Source: an uncultured Phycisphaeraceae bacterium
GTDB taxonomy: Bacteria; Planctomycetota; Phycisphaerae; Phycisphaerales; UBA1924
Direction: 5' to 3'
NCBI GenBank assembly: GCA_964419845.1
Contig: CAYQRD010000005.1
Span: forward strand, 24,175-88,174
Length of the DNA: 64,000 bases
Part shown: piece by piece, positions 18,090-27,461 of the stretch
How positions within the stretch are numbered: the stretch's first letter is position 1
Layout of the letters: the number at the start of each line of letters is the position of its first letter
Translations under genes and position numbers: made by a program
The notes under the pieces: generated by a model
Told to the model about the DNA's origin: nothing
Database searches by the model: none
What the model saw: only the letters and a program-made list of their open reading frames with translations

Positions 18090-19712
18090 GTGCTGACGCT
18101 CTCACAAATCGCTTCGGGCCCCGGGTTCGGACTCATCGACTGGATCGTGCTAGGCGGTTATTTCTCCCTGCTCGCGATCACCGGGGTCTTCTTTGCACGC
18201 ACCAAGACACGCGACAGCGATGATTACTTCCTCGGGTCGAGATCGATGCCCAGCTGGGCCGTCGCGGTCTCGATCGTCGCGACCTCGCTCTCAGCCGTGA
18301 CCTTCATCGGTGCGCCCGAAGAGGCGTACAACGGCAACCTGACCTACCTCGCGACGAACATCGGGATGATCCTCGCCGCAATCATCATCGCGATCGTCTT
18401 CATCCCCGCGTTCTACCGCAGCGAGTCCGCATCGATCTACGAACTGCTCGAGACCCGGTTCGGTCCCGCGGCCCGCAAGGGTGCGAGCGTGACCTTCCTC
18501 GTCGGACGCGTGCTCGCCTCGGGTGCCCGGATCTACGCCGGCGCGATCCCCGCTTCGATCGTGCTGTTCGGTTTGGACAAAGGCACGCAACCGATGTACC
18601 TCATGGCGGCGATCGGGACATTGAGCTTCGTCGGGATTGTCTACACGCTCGCCGGGGGCATCCGCTCGGTCATCTGGTCGGATGTCATCCAGTTTGCAAT
18701 CCTGATCGGTGCGGCGTTGTGCGCCATCGTGCTGATCCTTTCGAGCATCAACGCGCCAATGAGCGAAGTGCTCACAGCCCTGCGCAACGGGGGCGAAAAC
18801 CAAACCTCGAAGCTCACGCTGTTTGATCTGAGCACCGATCTGCACCACAAGTTCTCGCTCCCCGCATGCGTCATCGGATTCACACTGCTCGGGATCGGTT
18901 CCTACGGCACAGACCAGGATCTGGCCCAGCGTATGCTGACCTGCAAGGATGCCAGGCGTGGAGCCCGATCGGTCATCGCGGGCATCCTGCTGGGCATCCC
19001 CAGCGTCACAATCTTCCTGACATTGGGTTTGCTGCTCTGGGTGCTCTATCAGCGACCGGAGCTGACAGACATTGAGGGTGTGGTCCCGCCGGAGGCTTCA
19101 GTCACGGTGTTCCTGCACTATATCCTGAGCCAGATCCCCCCGGGGATCCGTGGGCTGATGATGGCCGGCCTCTTCGCCGCGGGGCTTTCGAGTCTCAACA
19201 GCGCCATCAATGCGATGAGCGCCGCGTTCATCAGTGATCTCTATGAACCCATCATGACGCGACGCAGAGGTGGCCCCGTCCCCGAGTGTGAGCTTGTCCG
19301 CGTTGGCCGCCTCGCCGTCGTCGCGTGGGGTGTCGTGCTGGGCCTTTTCGCGTGCGTTTGCATCGCGTGGAAGAGCTCGAACAACGACACGCTCATCAAC
19401 TTCGCACTGGGCGTGATGGGTCTGGCGTACGCGGGGCTCGTCGGGGTCTTCTTCTGCGCCCTCTTCACCCGGCGTGGTTCGTCGGCATCCGTGATCGTTG
19501 CCCTGTGCTGTGGCTTCGTGTGGATGCTCATCACCCAACGCTTCGTGTACAACGCATTCCCCGCTGTTCACGGGCCAAACGCGGATTGGTTCTTTGGAAT
19601 CCATTTCTCATGGAAGCTCACAGTGGGCGTGCTGCTCTCGTTCACGCTCTGTGCGTTCGGGCCGGGAGCTGATCATTCGTCCGCGAGTCGGGCTGCGCCG
19701 AAAGCCGCGTGA
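18090..19712 (+). CDS. Sodium:solute symporter (SSS) family transporter
   Basis: 540 aa with about 13 hydrophobic segments. The N-terminal IDWIVLGGYFSLLAITGVFFARTKTRDSDDYFLGSRSMPSWAV is typical of SSS proteins. GTG start. Confidence 0.85.
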   Translation: MLTLSQIASGPGFGLIDWIVLGGYFSLLAITGVFFARTKTRDSDDYFLGSRSMPSWAVAVSIVATSLSAVTFIGAPEEAYNGNLTYLATNIGMILAAIIIAIVFIPAFYRSESASIYELLETRFGPAARKGASVTFLVGRVLASGARIYAGAIPASIVLFGLDKGTQPMYLMAAIGTLSFVGIVYTLAGGIRSVIWSDVIQFAILIGAALCAIVLILSSINAPMSEVLTALRNGGENQTSKLTLFDLSTDLHHKFSLPACVIGFTLLGIGSYGTDQDLAQRMLTCKDARRGARSVIAGILLGIPSVTIFLTLGLLLWVLYQRPELTDIEGVVPPEASVTVFLHYILSQIPPGIRGLMMAGLFAAGLSSLNSAINAMSAAFISDLYEPIMTRRRGGPVPECELVRVGRLAVVAWGVVLGLFACVCIAWKSSNNDTLINFALGVMGLAYAGLVGVFFCALFTRRGSSASVIVALCCGFVWMLITQRFVYNAFPAVHGPNADWFFGIHFSWKLTVGVLLSFTLCAFGPGADHSSASRAAPKAA

Positions 19713-20539
19713 TAGAGCGAATCACCAAAGAGCAATGACCAGTCCGAGTTTGCGAGCGTTGTCAGCCCGTCGTCCACAATGGCCCGGATTTCGCGTGCTC
19801 GTGGGCTCAATGCGATCCCGATCCCACCAGCGAGCACGATCTTGTCGGGTCGATGGATCGCGTGCACCAGCCGCAGCCCCCGCGCGATCGCTTGCATGAA
19901 CGGCTCATGCTGCGGTGCCTGCTCAACCTGCTCAACCAGGTCCGAATCCGAACCCTCCCCCCACTGCGCCCGGAGAGCACGGGCTCCGACATAGGACTCA
20001 AGCGTATTGATTGCCCCGTCGGAGGCAATCCGATCTCGATCACCAAGCCGCCCGACATCCACCATCCCCAGATGCCCGATCCCCCGAGAACCGATCCCCA
20101 GCGGCAGCCCGTTTTCGAGCACTGCCAGTCCCACACCGGTCCCGATCGCGATGACCGCGACCCGCCCGTCGGGCCCGTGTTTCACGCACAGGTCATGGGC
20201 CGTGGCTCGGATATCACTCATCGCTCGATATCGAACCGCTTCGCGACCGAGCACGGCACGGATGAGCTCGTCGAATGCCCAGCCGTTGAGACATGGCAGA
20301 TTGACCGAACGCTCGATCCGATCTCCGCTCGGCGAATGCCGACCCGGTAGACACAGACCGACCGGCGTGCCGGTCTCGATCGATTCTCCGAGCCCAGCGA
20401 TCGCTGAGCGGATCGCGGCGATCATCTCGTCACGATCCGGGTCCGTGTACCGTTCGCTGCGCGATGTGTTTGATTGGTGGTCGTCGATCAGGGCGACCTT
20501 GACACCCGAGCCACCGATGTCGATGCCAAGCACCGCCAC
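19673..20539 (-). CDS. ROK-family sugar kinase (glucokinase / polyphosphate-glucokinase-like)
   Basis: MAVLGIDIGGSGVKVALID ATP-binding start. VIAIGTGVGLAV. No N-terminal HTH, so a kinase rather than a repressor. The 3' end overlaps the convergent symporter gene by 40 nt. Confidence 0.8.
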   Translation of the reverse strand: MAVLGIDIGGSGVKVALIDDHQSNTSRSERYTDPDRDEMIAAIRSAIAGLGESIETGTPVGLCLPGRHSPSGDRIERSVNLPCLNGWAFDELIRAVLGREAVRYRAMSDIRATAHDLCVKHGPDGRVAVIAIGTGVGLAVLENGLPLGIGSRGIGHLGMVDVGRLGDRDRIASDGAINTLESYVGARALRAQWGEGSDSDLVEQVEQAPQHEPFMQAIARGLRLVHAIHRPDKIVLAGGIGIALSPRAREIRAIVDDGLTTLANSDWSLLFGDSLYHAAFGAARLADE

Positions 20540-20541
20540 AC

Positions 20542-21780
20542 TCAGCTCCCGACTCGGTCGATGAACTGGGCCAACGCGTCGCGTTTGAGCTCGCGATCGC
20601 GATGCTCCTCGGGAGTGCGGGCCTGTCCTGGATTGACCGACTCGAAAATGGTCGAGTAAGCGAACAACACGAATCGTCGCGGGTGTCCCAATGATGCCTG
20701 CGTGATGGTCTGGTTCGAGCCCACATGCTTGTAGGCCCCGATCCCGGGGACCACGCGGCGTCGATCGACAACGCTGTTCCAGGCGGCGAGATCACCGCTG
20801 AACTGGGCATCATCGTTTGTGTAAATCATCGGCATAATGAGATCGACGATCCCATCGTTCACCCAGCGCGTCGCATCCTGGAGGTACTTGTCCCTCGCCA
20901 GATCCGGACGGCGCCAGACTGCCGCGGAATACACCACATCATCGTGCCCCTCCAATGACTCATCACCGATGCGCTGCACAAGCGTTGTGATCCGATCACG
21001 GATCCACGCTCTGTAGCGAGTCCGGTTGAGCTGGCCGACCGTCGCACGATCACCCACCATCCGCGCATAGAGCGAGAGCGAGCGGGCATCGCCCGGGTAG
21101 AGCTTATCGGAATCCAGCTCGTCGCTCAGGAAACGGATGTAGTCCAGATGAACGCCATCGATTTCATAGCGATCCGCGATGTCTTCGACGACGCGCACGA
21201 TGTGGTCCTGAACCTCATCGAGAACAGGGTTGACCACAACATACCCCTCGCTCAATGCCTGCGGCTGGCCGGTCGCGTCCTTGAGGCGCCATTCTGGGTG
21301 CGTGAGCAACTGATGTCGCTTGTCGATGGGCTGATCGGTACCCTTCCACATAGGCATGACATTGATCCATGCGTGCAGCTTGATCCCCTTCGCGTGGGCC
21401 TCGCCGATTGCCAGGCGCAGCGGGTCGAAACCCGGGTCAAGCGAGCGGGCAGGGTCCTTGATGACCTTGTTGTCCTTGTCCCGCTTGAGTGTGAGATCCT
21501 CACCCCATGGCTCGAAGGGGGAGTCGTAATACGCGTCACCCTGGCCGCGGACCTGCCAGAAAATATCGCTGACCCCGGCCTGGCTGGCATCGGCGATGAT
21601 TGTTTTGACATCCTGCTGAGTCTGGAAGTCCCAGCGGGTCACCCAGAGCCCGAAGAGATCCTGATTGAGCATCGCGGAGCTCATCCGCTCCGCACGGGTG
21701 TTGGAGCCGTCAAAGACGCAGCCCGCACCCGAGATCAGGCCGAAGAACACGAGAACGCGCAGAAACACTGTCAAAATCAT
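20542..21780 (-). CDS. Glycosyl hydrolase-like 10 (GHL10/DUF187, YngK-like) lipoprotein
   Basis: LWVTRWDF...ADASQAGVSDIFWQVRGQGDAYYDSPFEPW...GIKLHAWINVMPMW...NPVLDEVQDHIV...IDGVHLDYIRF. The start was set to ATG 21780 (GGAGG upstream), giving the lipobox signal MILTVFLRVLVFFGLISGAGC. Confidence 0.8.
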   Translation of the reverse strand: MILTVFLRVLVFFGLISGAGCVFDGSNTRAERMSSAMLNQDLFGLWVTRWDFQTQQDVKTIIADASQAGVSDIFWQVRGQGDAYYDSPFEPWGEDLTLKRDKDNKVIKDPARSLDPGFDPLRLAIGEAHAKGIKLHAWINVMPMWKGTDQPIDKRHQLLTHPEWRLKDATGQPQALSEGYVVVNPVLDEVQDHIVRVVEDIADRYEIDGVHLDYIRFLSDELDSDKLYPGDARSLSLYARMVGDRATVGQLNRTRYRAWIRDRITTLVQRIGDESLEGHDDVVYSAAVWRRPDLARDKYLQDATRWVNDGIVDLIMPMIYTNDDAQFSGDLAAWNSVVDRRRVVPGIGAYKHVGSNQTITQASLGHPRRFVLFAYSTIFESVNPGQARTPEEHRDRELKRDALAQFIDRVGS

Positions 21781-21860
21781 GCTCAACCTCCGTGTCGATA
21801 GGGCATGATACCTCATCGGCAGGGTTCAGTCGCGAGCGTCAAAACCGCTTGGCACAAGGT

Positions 21861-23177
21861 TCACTTGCCGAACAGGAACAGCAGCGCGTCGTCAAACCGC
21901 TCGGCCCATGCGTTCTCGTTGTGATTGGCGTCGGGCACGATCATCAGTTTCCGCTGATGCCTGGCCATCCCTCCACGCCCCGCGATCCGGTCCACATTCT
22001 GGGCCCATTTACGGTACATCTCGTTGCGTTCATCATCCGCCTGATCGTTGCTGACCTCGTGCCCCCCCATCCCGATGAAGAGCTTGCCAGGCCATGCCTT
22101 GACGCTCGTAAGGTAACGCTCGGCAGCTTGCCCCTCGTCCGCCATCATGGGGAGGCTCTCGACGATCGCCATGCCGAAGCGTTCGGGATACGCCGTGGAC
22201 GCATAAATCGCCATGCTTCCACCGAGCGAGGCCCCACCGATCGCGGTGGAATCGCGATTGGTCTTCACGCGGAACGCGCGCTCCACCTTGGGCAACACCT
22301 CACGCATCATCCATTCCACCGTCTGGGCTCCGCGCCCCTCGACGCCGCTGTAGGAGCCGAAGGGCAGATATTCCTCCAGCCGGCTCGCACCGCTGTGCGG
22401 GATCCCGACGATGATCAGCGGCTCGATCCTGCCCGACTCCACCAGTTCAGTCGCCGTTTCGTCGGCGTGCCACTCGCTGGGCAGTCCCGGGAGCTGCTCG
22501 AAGATGTTCTGACCATCGAACATGTACAGCACGGGGTAGCTTTGATTCGCGTTTTCCGGGTCGTCGTATCCCGGCGGTGTCCAGATGAGCAGATCGCGCG
22601 TCAGCGATTCACTCTGCCCGGCCCCTCCCTGGATCTGCATCCGATGCACATCGCCCGTGACCTGCAGCTCATGGTAGAAACCCGATTGCCGGACCTGCTC
22701 CGCAAGCGAGACGGGCTCCCGGAAGTCGACGACCTCCAACTCAATGATCGGACGCTCGCCGGGCTCGAGCTTTGAGGCGTCCACCATCGGCAATGATCGG
22801 TTGGGGATCGCATTCCCGTCTGCATCGAGTTCCTCACGGTCCCAGCCGCCCTGGGTGAACTTGAACTGCACGGTCACGCCCTGCATGTCCTCACCGATCA
22901 CGATCTGCCACCGGGTATCCGATCGACCCGAAAGCAGGTACTCCGGATCCGCCGGGTTCCAGCCGTTGATGCTCGATGCGAAGTAGATCGGGTTGCTCTT
23001 ATTCGCTTTGCCCGAGAGATCCTTCACCACGAGCACGAAGCCCTGCGGGAGCGACTCGGGTCTGACCATGTCCTGCGCCCAACTCAGCGCGGTGAATAGA
23101 CATGCCTGAAGCAGAACGATGACGGTGCAGATTCGCGGCCTTGCTCGCACGGTGACTCTCCTGTTCACGATCGACAC
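21861..23177 (-). CDS. Secreted putative esterase (esterase D/enterochelin-esterase-like) with an N-terminal CBM48-like glycan-binding domain
   Basis: Signal peptide ...LSWAQD. N-domain: IYFASSINGWNPADPEYLL...WQIV...VQFKFTQGGWDREE. Esterase part: LLIWTPPGYDD...YPVLYMFDGQNIF...GGASLGGSMAIY (nucleophile elbow G-x-S-x-G). Confidence 0.75.
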   Translation of the reverse strand: MSIVNRRVTVRARPRICTVIVLLQACLFTALSWAQDMVRPESLPQGFVLVVKDLSGKANKSNPIYFASSINGWNPADPEYLLSGRSDTRWQIVIGEDMQGVTVQFKFTQGGWDREELDADGNAIPNRSLPMVDASKLEPGERPIIELEVVDFREPVSLAEQVRQSGFYHELQVTGDVHRMQIQGGAGQSESLTRDLLIWTPPGYDDPENANQSYPVLYMFDGQNIFEQLPGLPSEWHADETATELVESGRIEPLIIVGIPHSGASRLEEYLPFGSYSGVEGRGAQTVEWMMREVLPKVERAFRVKTNRDSTAIGGASLGGSMAIYASTAYPERFGMAIVESLPMMADEGQAAERYLTSVKAWPGKLFIGMGGHEVSNDQADDERNEMYRKWAQNVDRIAGRGGMARHQRKLMIVPDANHNENAWAERFDDALLFLFGK

Positions 23178-23207
23178 TCAATGATATCGGACCGACGCGG
23201 TTCGGGT

Positions 23208-23245
23208 AAAGAAAAGGGTGTCCGCACGGTTGGGCACGGACACCC
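23208..23245 (-). terminator. Rho-independent terminator after the dockerin-tailed repeat protein gene
   Basis: 9-bp stem GGGTGTCCG (23216-23224) / CGGACACCC (23237-23245). On the minus strand it is followed by TTTTCTTT (23215-23208). Confidence 0.7.
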
Positions 23246-23287
23246 GGAGTTCAGAGTTCATACCCGATCGGGTATGCAAATCGACGA

Positions 23288-25297
23288 TTACGGGCAACCA
23301 GCGCTGAACGCGGAGATGAATGCCGAAACATCGAAGAAGTTGTATGTGCCATCATTGGTGAAGTCCGCAGCAGGATCCATCGCCGAGAAGGCACTGATGA
23401 ATGCCGAAACATCGAAGAAGTTCAGCATGCCATCGTTGTTGAGGTCCGCCGGGCACGAGGGCGCAACCGGGTTACTCAGGTTGATGAACTGATCACCCGC
23501 GATGGTGTTGAAGTCCAGATCATTGACGCCGTCGCCGTCGGCGTCACGCGGGCCGATGTTGTCAGAGCTTGGGATTCCGCCGAGAACCTGATTCGAGATG
23601 AAATCGAAGCCGGCGTTGGCGATCCAGCCGCCCAGAAGGATGTCCTGCGAGCCATCCCAGCCGAGTTCATCTAGATCGATGCACATCTCGATGCCGGTGG
23701 TCACGCTCGCGGCACCCGCAGCCGACGAATCGGTCACGCCGGCGACATTCGAGTTGTTCACACCGACCTGGATCAGGTTATCGATGGGGCTCATCGGATC
23801 GAGCTGTGAGAGACGCGGGCCGTAGTTGGCGAAGAGGCTGCCGAGCGAGCCGTCCTGGATATCGATGCGGGGCCCTGCAAACGGGATGGTTGGGAAGTCG
23901 CCGACCAGACCGCCGTCGAAGGAGCCGTAATCAACGATCACGCCGAAGAACGAGTCGATCAGAGCACCGTCGGTGCGGAGGACGACGGCGTCGGTGAACC
24001 GCTGAAGCTGACCGCTGCCGCCATCGACGCCCTGGTTAAAGTCCATCCAGTAATCGGGCGAGAAGCCGCTGTCGAAAGTGATGCCGGACATGTTGTTGAC
24101 CGCATTGAACGCGATGTCAGGGTTGTCATCACGGATCACATTCTGACCGCCGGGCTGCGTATCAAAGAACAGGACAAGCTTGTTGTAGTTGCCCTCCATA
24201 TTGCCAGCAAGGAAAAGCCAGAGCTTGTTGTTGACCGTGTCGATGTAGACACGGGCGTTGTCGAGTTCCGAGCCGTAGGCCCAGTCCATATCCGGCGAAA
24301 CCGGTGTCGATGCTGACGGATCACCGATCACGCCTTCAACATTCGAGTTGTCAACCGCCAGTGAGACGCCGCCGCTGAGTACGCCTGCATTCGCCGACCC
24401 GTAGCCCGCGAGCGTGCCGATGTTCGCGATCGAGCCGCCGATGGCACCGAAGAACGCACGGGGCACATTAGGAGTCATGCCGTCCATGTCGTCGTCGGTC
24501 GCGTCGACCGAGAAGACATAATCCGCATCGAAACCCGAGTCGAACCCGAGCCCACTCTGGCCGTCGACGATGAAGCCACCATCGCCCGAGCCGCCAGCGA
24601 GCGTGCCCGCGCCGCCCGCGCCTGTGTCGATGTAGAGATCGAGGCCGTTGCCGTTATTCTCAAGGTTTCCAGCCACAAAGATGTAGAGGTTGACGGCATC
24701 CTTGGCGACATACACGCCGTCGATTTCCGAACCGCCGCCGTTGGGGCCGCTGCCGTCAACCGTGCCGTCGGTTTCGTTGCCAAAGCCGGTGTAGTTCCCC
24801 TGAAGGAACACATTGGCATACGCGGCATCGAGCGAACCATCGACTGTTGCGCTGCTCAACGGAGCTGACGACAAATCAATGCTGATGTGCTGGGTCGTGC
24901 CATCGAAAGGCGCGGCGTTGAAATCCTGCGGACCACCAAGGTTGCCGGTATCCTGCGGGAGATCACCGATGATCTGGTTGGACTTGAAGGTGCGATCGCC
25001 CGAGTTCACCCAGCCGGCGAGCCGGATGGACTCATTGCCGCTCAGGCCGAGCGATGCGAGCGGGATACAGATTTCGATACCGGTATTCACGACTTCGGGG
25101 TTACCGAACTCGCCACCCGTTGAAAGACCAGCGGTGTTGTCACCAAACCCTGTCGGCTGGTTCTGCACCCAGATGGTGTCACCATAAAACGCGCCCTCGG
25201 ACCCGGCGTCGTAAACGCCGTCGAGGGTGGGCTGCGCAATCGCGCTGCCTGCGATGAGTGCGAGTGTGCTCGCGACAATGAGTTTACGATTGTTCAT
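23288..25297 (-). CDS. Secreted repeat protein with duplicated putative glycan-binding modules and a C-terminal GC-ending dockerin-like module
   Basis: The start was set to ATG 25297 (GGGAG upstream), giving the signal peptide MNNRKLIVASTLALIAGSAIAQ. Internal duplications: TGIEICIPLASLG...LAGWVNSGDRTFKSNQIIGDLP vs TGIEMCIDLDELGW...LGGWIANAGFDFISNQVLGGIP. Also NLYIFVAGNLENNGNGLDLYIDT...GFDSGFDADYVF vs KLWLFLAGNMEGNYNKLVLFFDT...TFDSGFSPDYWM. The last 55 aa are CPADLNNDGMLNFFDVSAFISAFSAMDPAADFTNDGTYNFFDVSAFISAFSAGCP. Confidence 0.8.
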   Translation of the reverse strand: MNNRKLIVASTLALIAGSAIAQPTLDGVYDAGSEGAFYGDTIWVQNQPTGFGDNTAGLSTGGEFGNPEVVNTGIEICIPLASLGLSGNESIRLAGWVNSGDRTFKSNQIIGDLPQDTGNLGGPQDFNAAPFDGTTQHISIDLSSAPLSSATVDGSLDAAYANVFLQGNYTGFGNETDGTVDGSGPNGGGSEIDGVYVAKDAVNLYIFVAGNLENNGNGLDLYIDTGAGGAGTLAGGSGDGGFIVDGQSGLGFDSGFDADYVFSVDATDDDMDGMTPNVPRAFFGAIGGSIANIGTLAGYGSANAGVLSGGVSLAVDNSNVEGVIGDPSASTPVSPDMDWAYGSELDNARVYIDTVNNKLWLFLAGNMEGNYNKLVLFFDTQPGGQNVIRDDNPDIAFNAVNNMSGITFDSGFSPDYWMDFNQGVDGGSGQLQRFTDAVVLRTDGALIDSFFGVIVDYGSFDGGLVGDFPTIPFAGPRIDIQDGSLGSLFANYGPRLSQLDPMSPIDNLIQVGVNNSNVAGVTDSSAAGAASVTTGIEMCIDLDELGWDGSQDILLGGWIANAGFDFISNQVLGGIPSSDNIGPRDADGDGVNDLDFNTIAGDQFINLSNPVAPSCPADLNNDGMLNFFDVSAFISAFSAMDPAADFTNDGTYNFFDVSAFISAFSAGCP
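23315..23422 (-). repeat. Two perfect 27-nt direct repeats, 81 nt apart, inside the dockerin-like coding region
   Basis: GATGAATGCCGAAACATCGAAGAAGTT occurs at 23315-23341 and at 23396-23422. Both copies encode NFFDVSAFI. The period is 27 codons. Confidence 0.9.
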
Positions 25298-25514
25298 GCT
25301 TTTCTCCCTTTGGTTGCTCCTCGACCCCGGCGCGTTGCCCGGATCGTGTTCCGATGGCCCCGTGTGCGGGGGCATCACGCGCCAAGTTGTGAAACCGGTC
25401 GCGTTCACCAGAATAGCGAAACCCGTTTCGGAGAGCGAGACCCAAATCTAGCGAAAGTGATTTCGCGACATGGAATCCTGTCTCGATACGCCATATCAGG
25501 CATTTTCGGACGCA

Positions 25515-27377
25515 CTAATCCACGCCCTCTCGTCTGAAGACCACCACTTCGTACACCGCATTTCGTTGTTCGATACGCAGTTTCCGTTCAGTTTCGTGGT
25601 CACGCGCCCACCCGGGCTGTTCGCCGGAAAACCGAATCAGCCCATCCGCATCCGCCGCGACGCGGACCTCGACCATGGTGTCGCGGTGCGTTCTGCGGAT
25701 CAGCAGTGTCGCCTCCCCATCGGAGAGGAACTCCGCATGTCCAAGCCGCAAAGCCTCACCGACGGAATGCCCACCGCGCAGACGAAGCAGCGAGGCTGTC
25801 TGATCCGCGAACCGGGTTTGCGATTGGCTCAAACGCCCCCATGGAATTGGCCTGCGATTATCTGGATCGTCCGCGCCCGGGAGCGCGAACTCATCGCCGT
25901 TGTAGATCATGAGCGAGCCCGGGCTCGCGACCATGACCGCGATCGCCGCGAGGGCTCGGCGCATCGCTTGATCGCTCACGATGGATGAGTCGTATCCGCC
26001 GAACCACCGCGAGGATTCATTATCGAAACCGCGCGGCCAACTGTTGTGCATCATCGAGGCGAGGCGCTCGGTATCGTGCGATGTCATCAGATTCAGTTGG
26101 ACACGATCGATTTCAGGCCCGTTGTCATAAACCTGCCCGAGCCTGTGGGCCACGACTCGTGCATCCCCCAGCGTGTCCCGATTGCCAGTGCTCAGCCAGT
26201 CCGCAACCGGGTACGCGAACGGGTAGTTCATCTGCGAATCGAACGCCTCATCGTTGAGCATGTCGCTCGCATCACCCCAGATTTCTGCAACGATCAACGC
26301 GTCCGGGTTGAGCGATTTGACCTGTTCACGCCAGTCTTTCCAGAAGTCCGCACCGATCTCGGCGGCCACATCCAACCGCCAGCCGTCGATCCCATCGCTC
26401 GGATCACCATCACCGTTGGGGTCCATCCATCGCCGGGTCACCGCCATCACATGGCCCTTGGGCCCCGGCGAAAGATCCGCGCCGACATGCCGAAACTCGG
26501 GCAAGCTCCCGTTCACGCGGCTCCACCCCTGCCAGCCGATCAGCCGCCCGTCCTCATCGAACACCACCTGAAACCAATCCGCGTAGGGCGAATCCTTGCC
26601 GTGCTCGCGCACATGATTGAACGCGAAGTGATCCAGCCCGACATGGTTCCACACGCCATCGAGCATCACACGCAACCCAAGCGACTTGGCCCTCGGCAGA
26701 AAGACCTCGACGAACCAGCGATCCGCCGGAGTCCATGCCCATGATCGCTCGTCGGATGGATCCTCGTCCACCCCGAGTCGCGTGTGCCCGGGCCCCGTGT
26801 CCAGGTAGTCCCCGGGATGCCCGAGCGTGGGATCGATGTGCCGATGATCGCTCGCGTCATACTTATGAAGCGAGCGTGAGCGGAAAATCGGGCACAGGTA
26901 CACTCCCGTGAAGCCCATCTCCTTGATCGACTCGAGCTGCTCATAGACCCCTTGCAGGTCGCCCCCGTAGCGTCTGGAATAGATCACCGCAGGCAGGGCC
27001 CCGCCGCCTCGACGAGGACTGAAGCCGTGATGAAGCGGGTCGATCCGTGCTCGATTCCAGGCCAGTTCGATCTCCTCGATGCTCACCTCATCGAACGGCT
27101 CGTCCCAATCCAGTGGGGTGACATCCCAGCCCTGCGGATTGTTCGCGGGATTCGCGTCACGAAATCTTTCAGGGAATACCTGATACCACACAACACCTTT
27201 CGCCCAATCGGGCGTTCGCATCGATTCGACTCCTTCGGCCTGTAAACGCTGTTCTGGCGGACCTATGGCTCCAACCTGAGCGGCGGTGGCCGGGTTCTGG
27301 AGGAACAGAATCAGAAGGGAACCGAGCAGAAATGTTTTTCGCCCACGAAAGTAGATTCGGTTGACAGGCACAGCCAC
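25515..27377 (-). CDS. GH13 alpha-amylase family enzyme (neopullulanase/cyclomaltodextrinase-like), secreted
   Basis: All four GH13 regions are present: DGVWNHVG, GWRLDVAAEI, VAEIWGD, MTSHDTER. N-terminal VWYQVFPERF. Signal-like N-terminus. Confidence 0.92.
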   Translation of the reverse strand: MAVPVNRIYFRGRKTFLLGSLLILFLQNPATAAQVGAIGPPEQRLQAEGVESMRTPDWAKGVVWYQVFPERFRDANPANNPQGWDVTPLDWDEPFDEVSIEEIELAWNRARIDPLHHGFSPRRGGGALPAVIYSRRYGGDLQGVYEQLESIKEMGFTGVYLCPIFRSRSLHKYDASDHRHIDPTLGHPGDYLDTGPGHTRLGVDEDPSDERSWAWTPADRWFVEVFLPRAKSLGLRVMLDGVWNHVGLDHFAFNHVREHGKDSPYADWFQVVFDEDGRLIGWQGWSRVNGSLPEFRHVGADLSPGPKGHVMAVTRRWMDPNGDGDPSDGIDGWRLDVAAEIGADFWKDWREQVKSLNPDALIVAEIWGDASDMLNDEAFDSQMNYPFAYPVADWLSTGNRDTLGDARVVAHRLGQVYDNGPEIDRVQLNLMTSHDTERLASMMHNSWPRGFDNESSRWFGGYDSSIVSDQAMRRALAAIAVMVASPGSLMIYNGDEFALPGADDPDNRRPIPWGRLSQSQTRFADQTASLLRLRGGHSVGEALRLGHAEFLSDGEATLLIRRTHRDTMVEVRVAADADGLIRFSGEQPGWARDHETERKLRIEQRNAVYEVVVFRREGVD

Positions 27378-27461
27378 TCTCCATTACCATTGCGTCAAGC
27401 CAATGTACGCGATCGGGGGACCGCGATGGTGGTGGCCGCAATGAGCGATCAAGGAACACGC

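Noticed and set aside
25385-25415. TGTGAA-N10-TTCACC near-palindrome upstream of the dockerin repeat protein gene, as a CRP-like or LacI-like operator
   Set aside because: The spacing does not fit CRP (N6) or LacI-type 14-16-bp palindromes. It occurs only once and there is no cognate regulator nearby.
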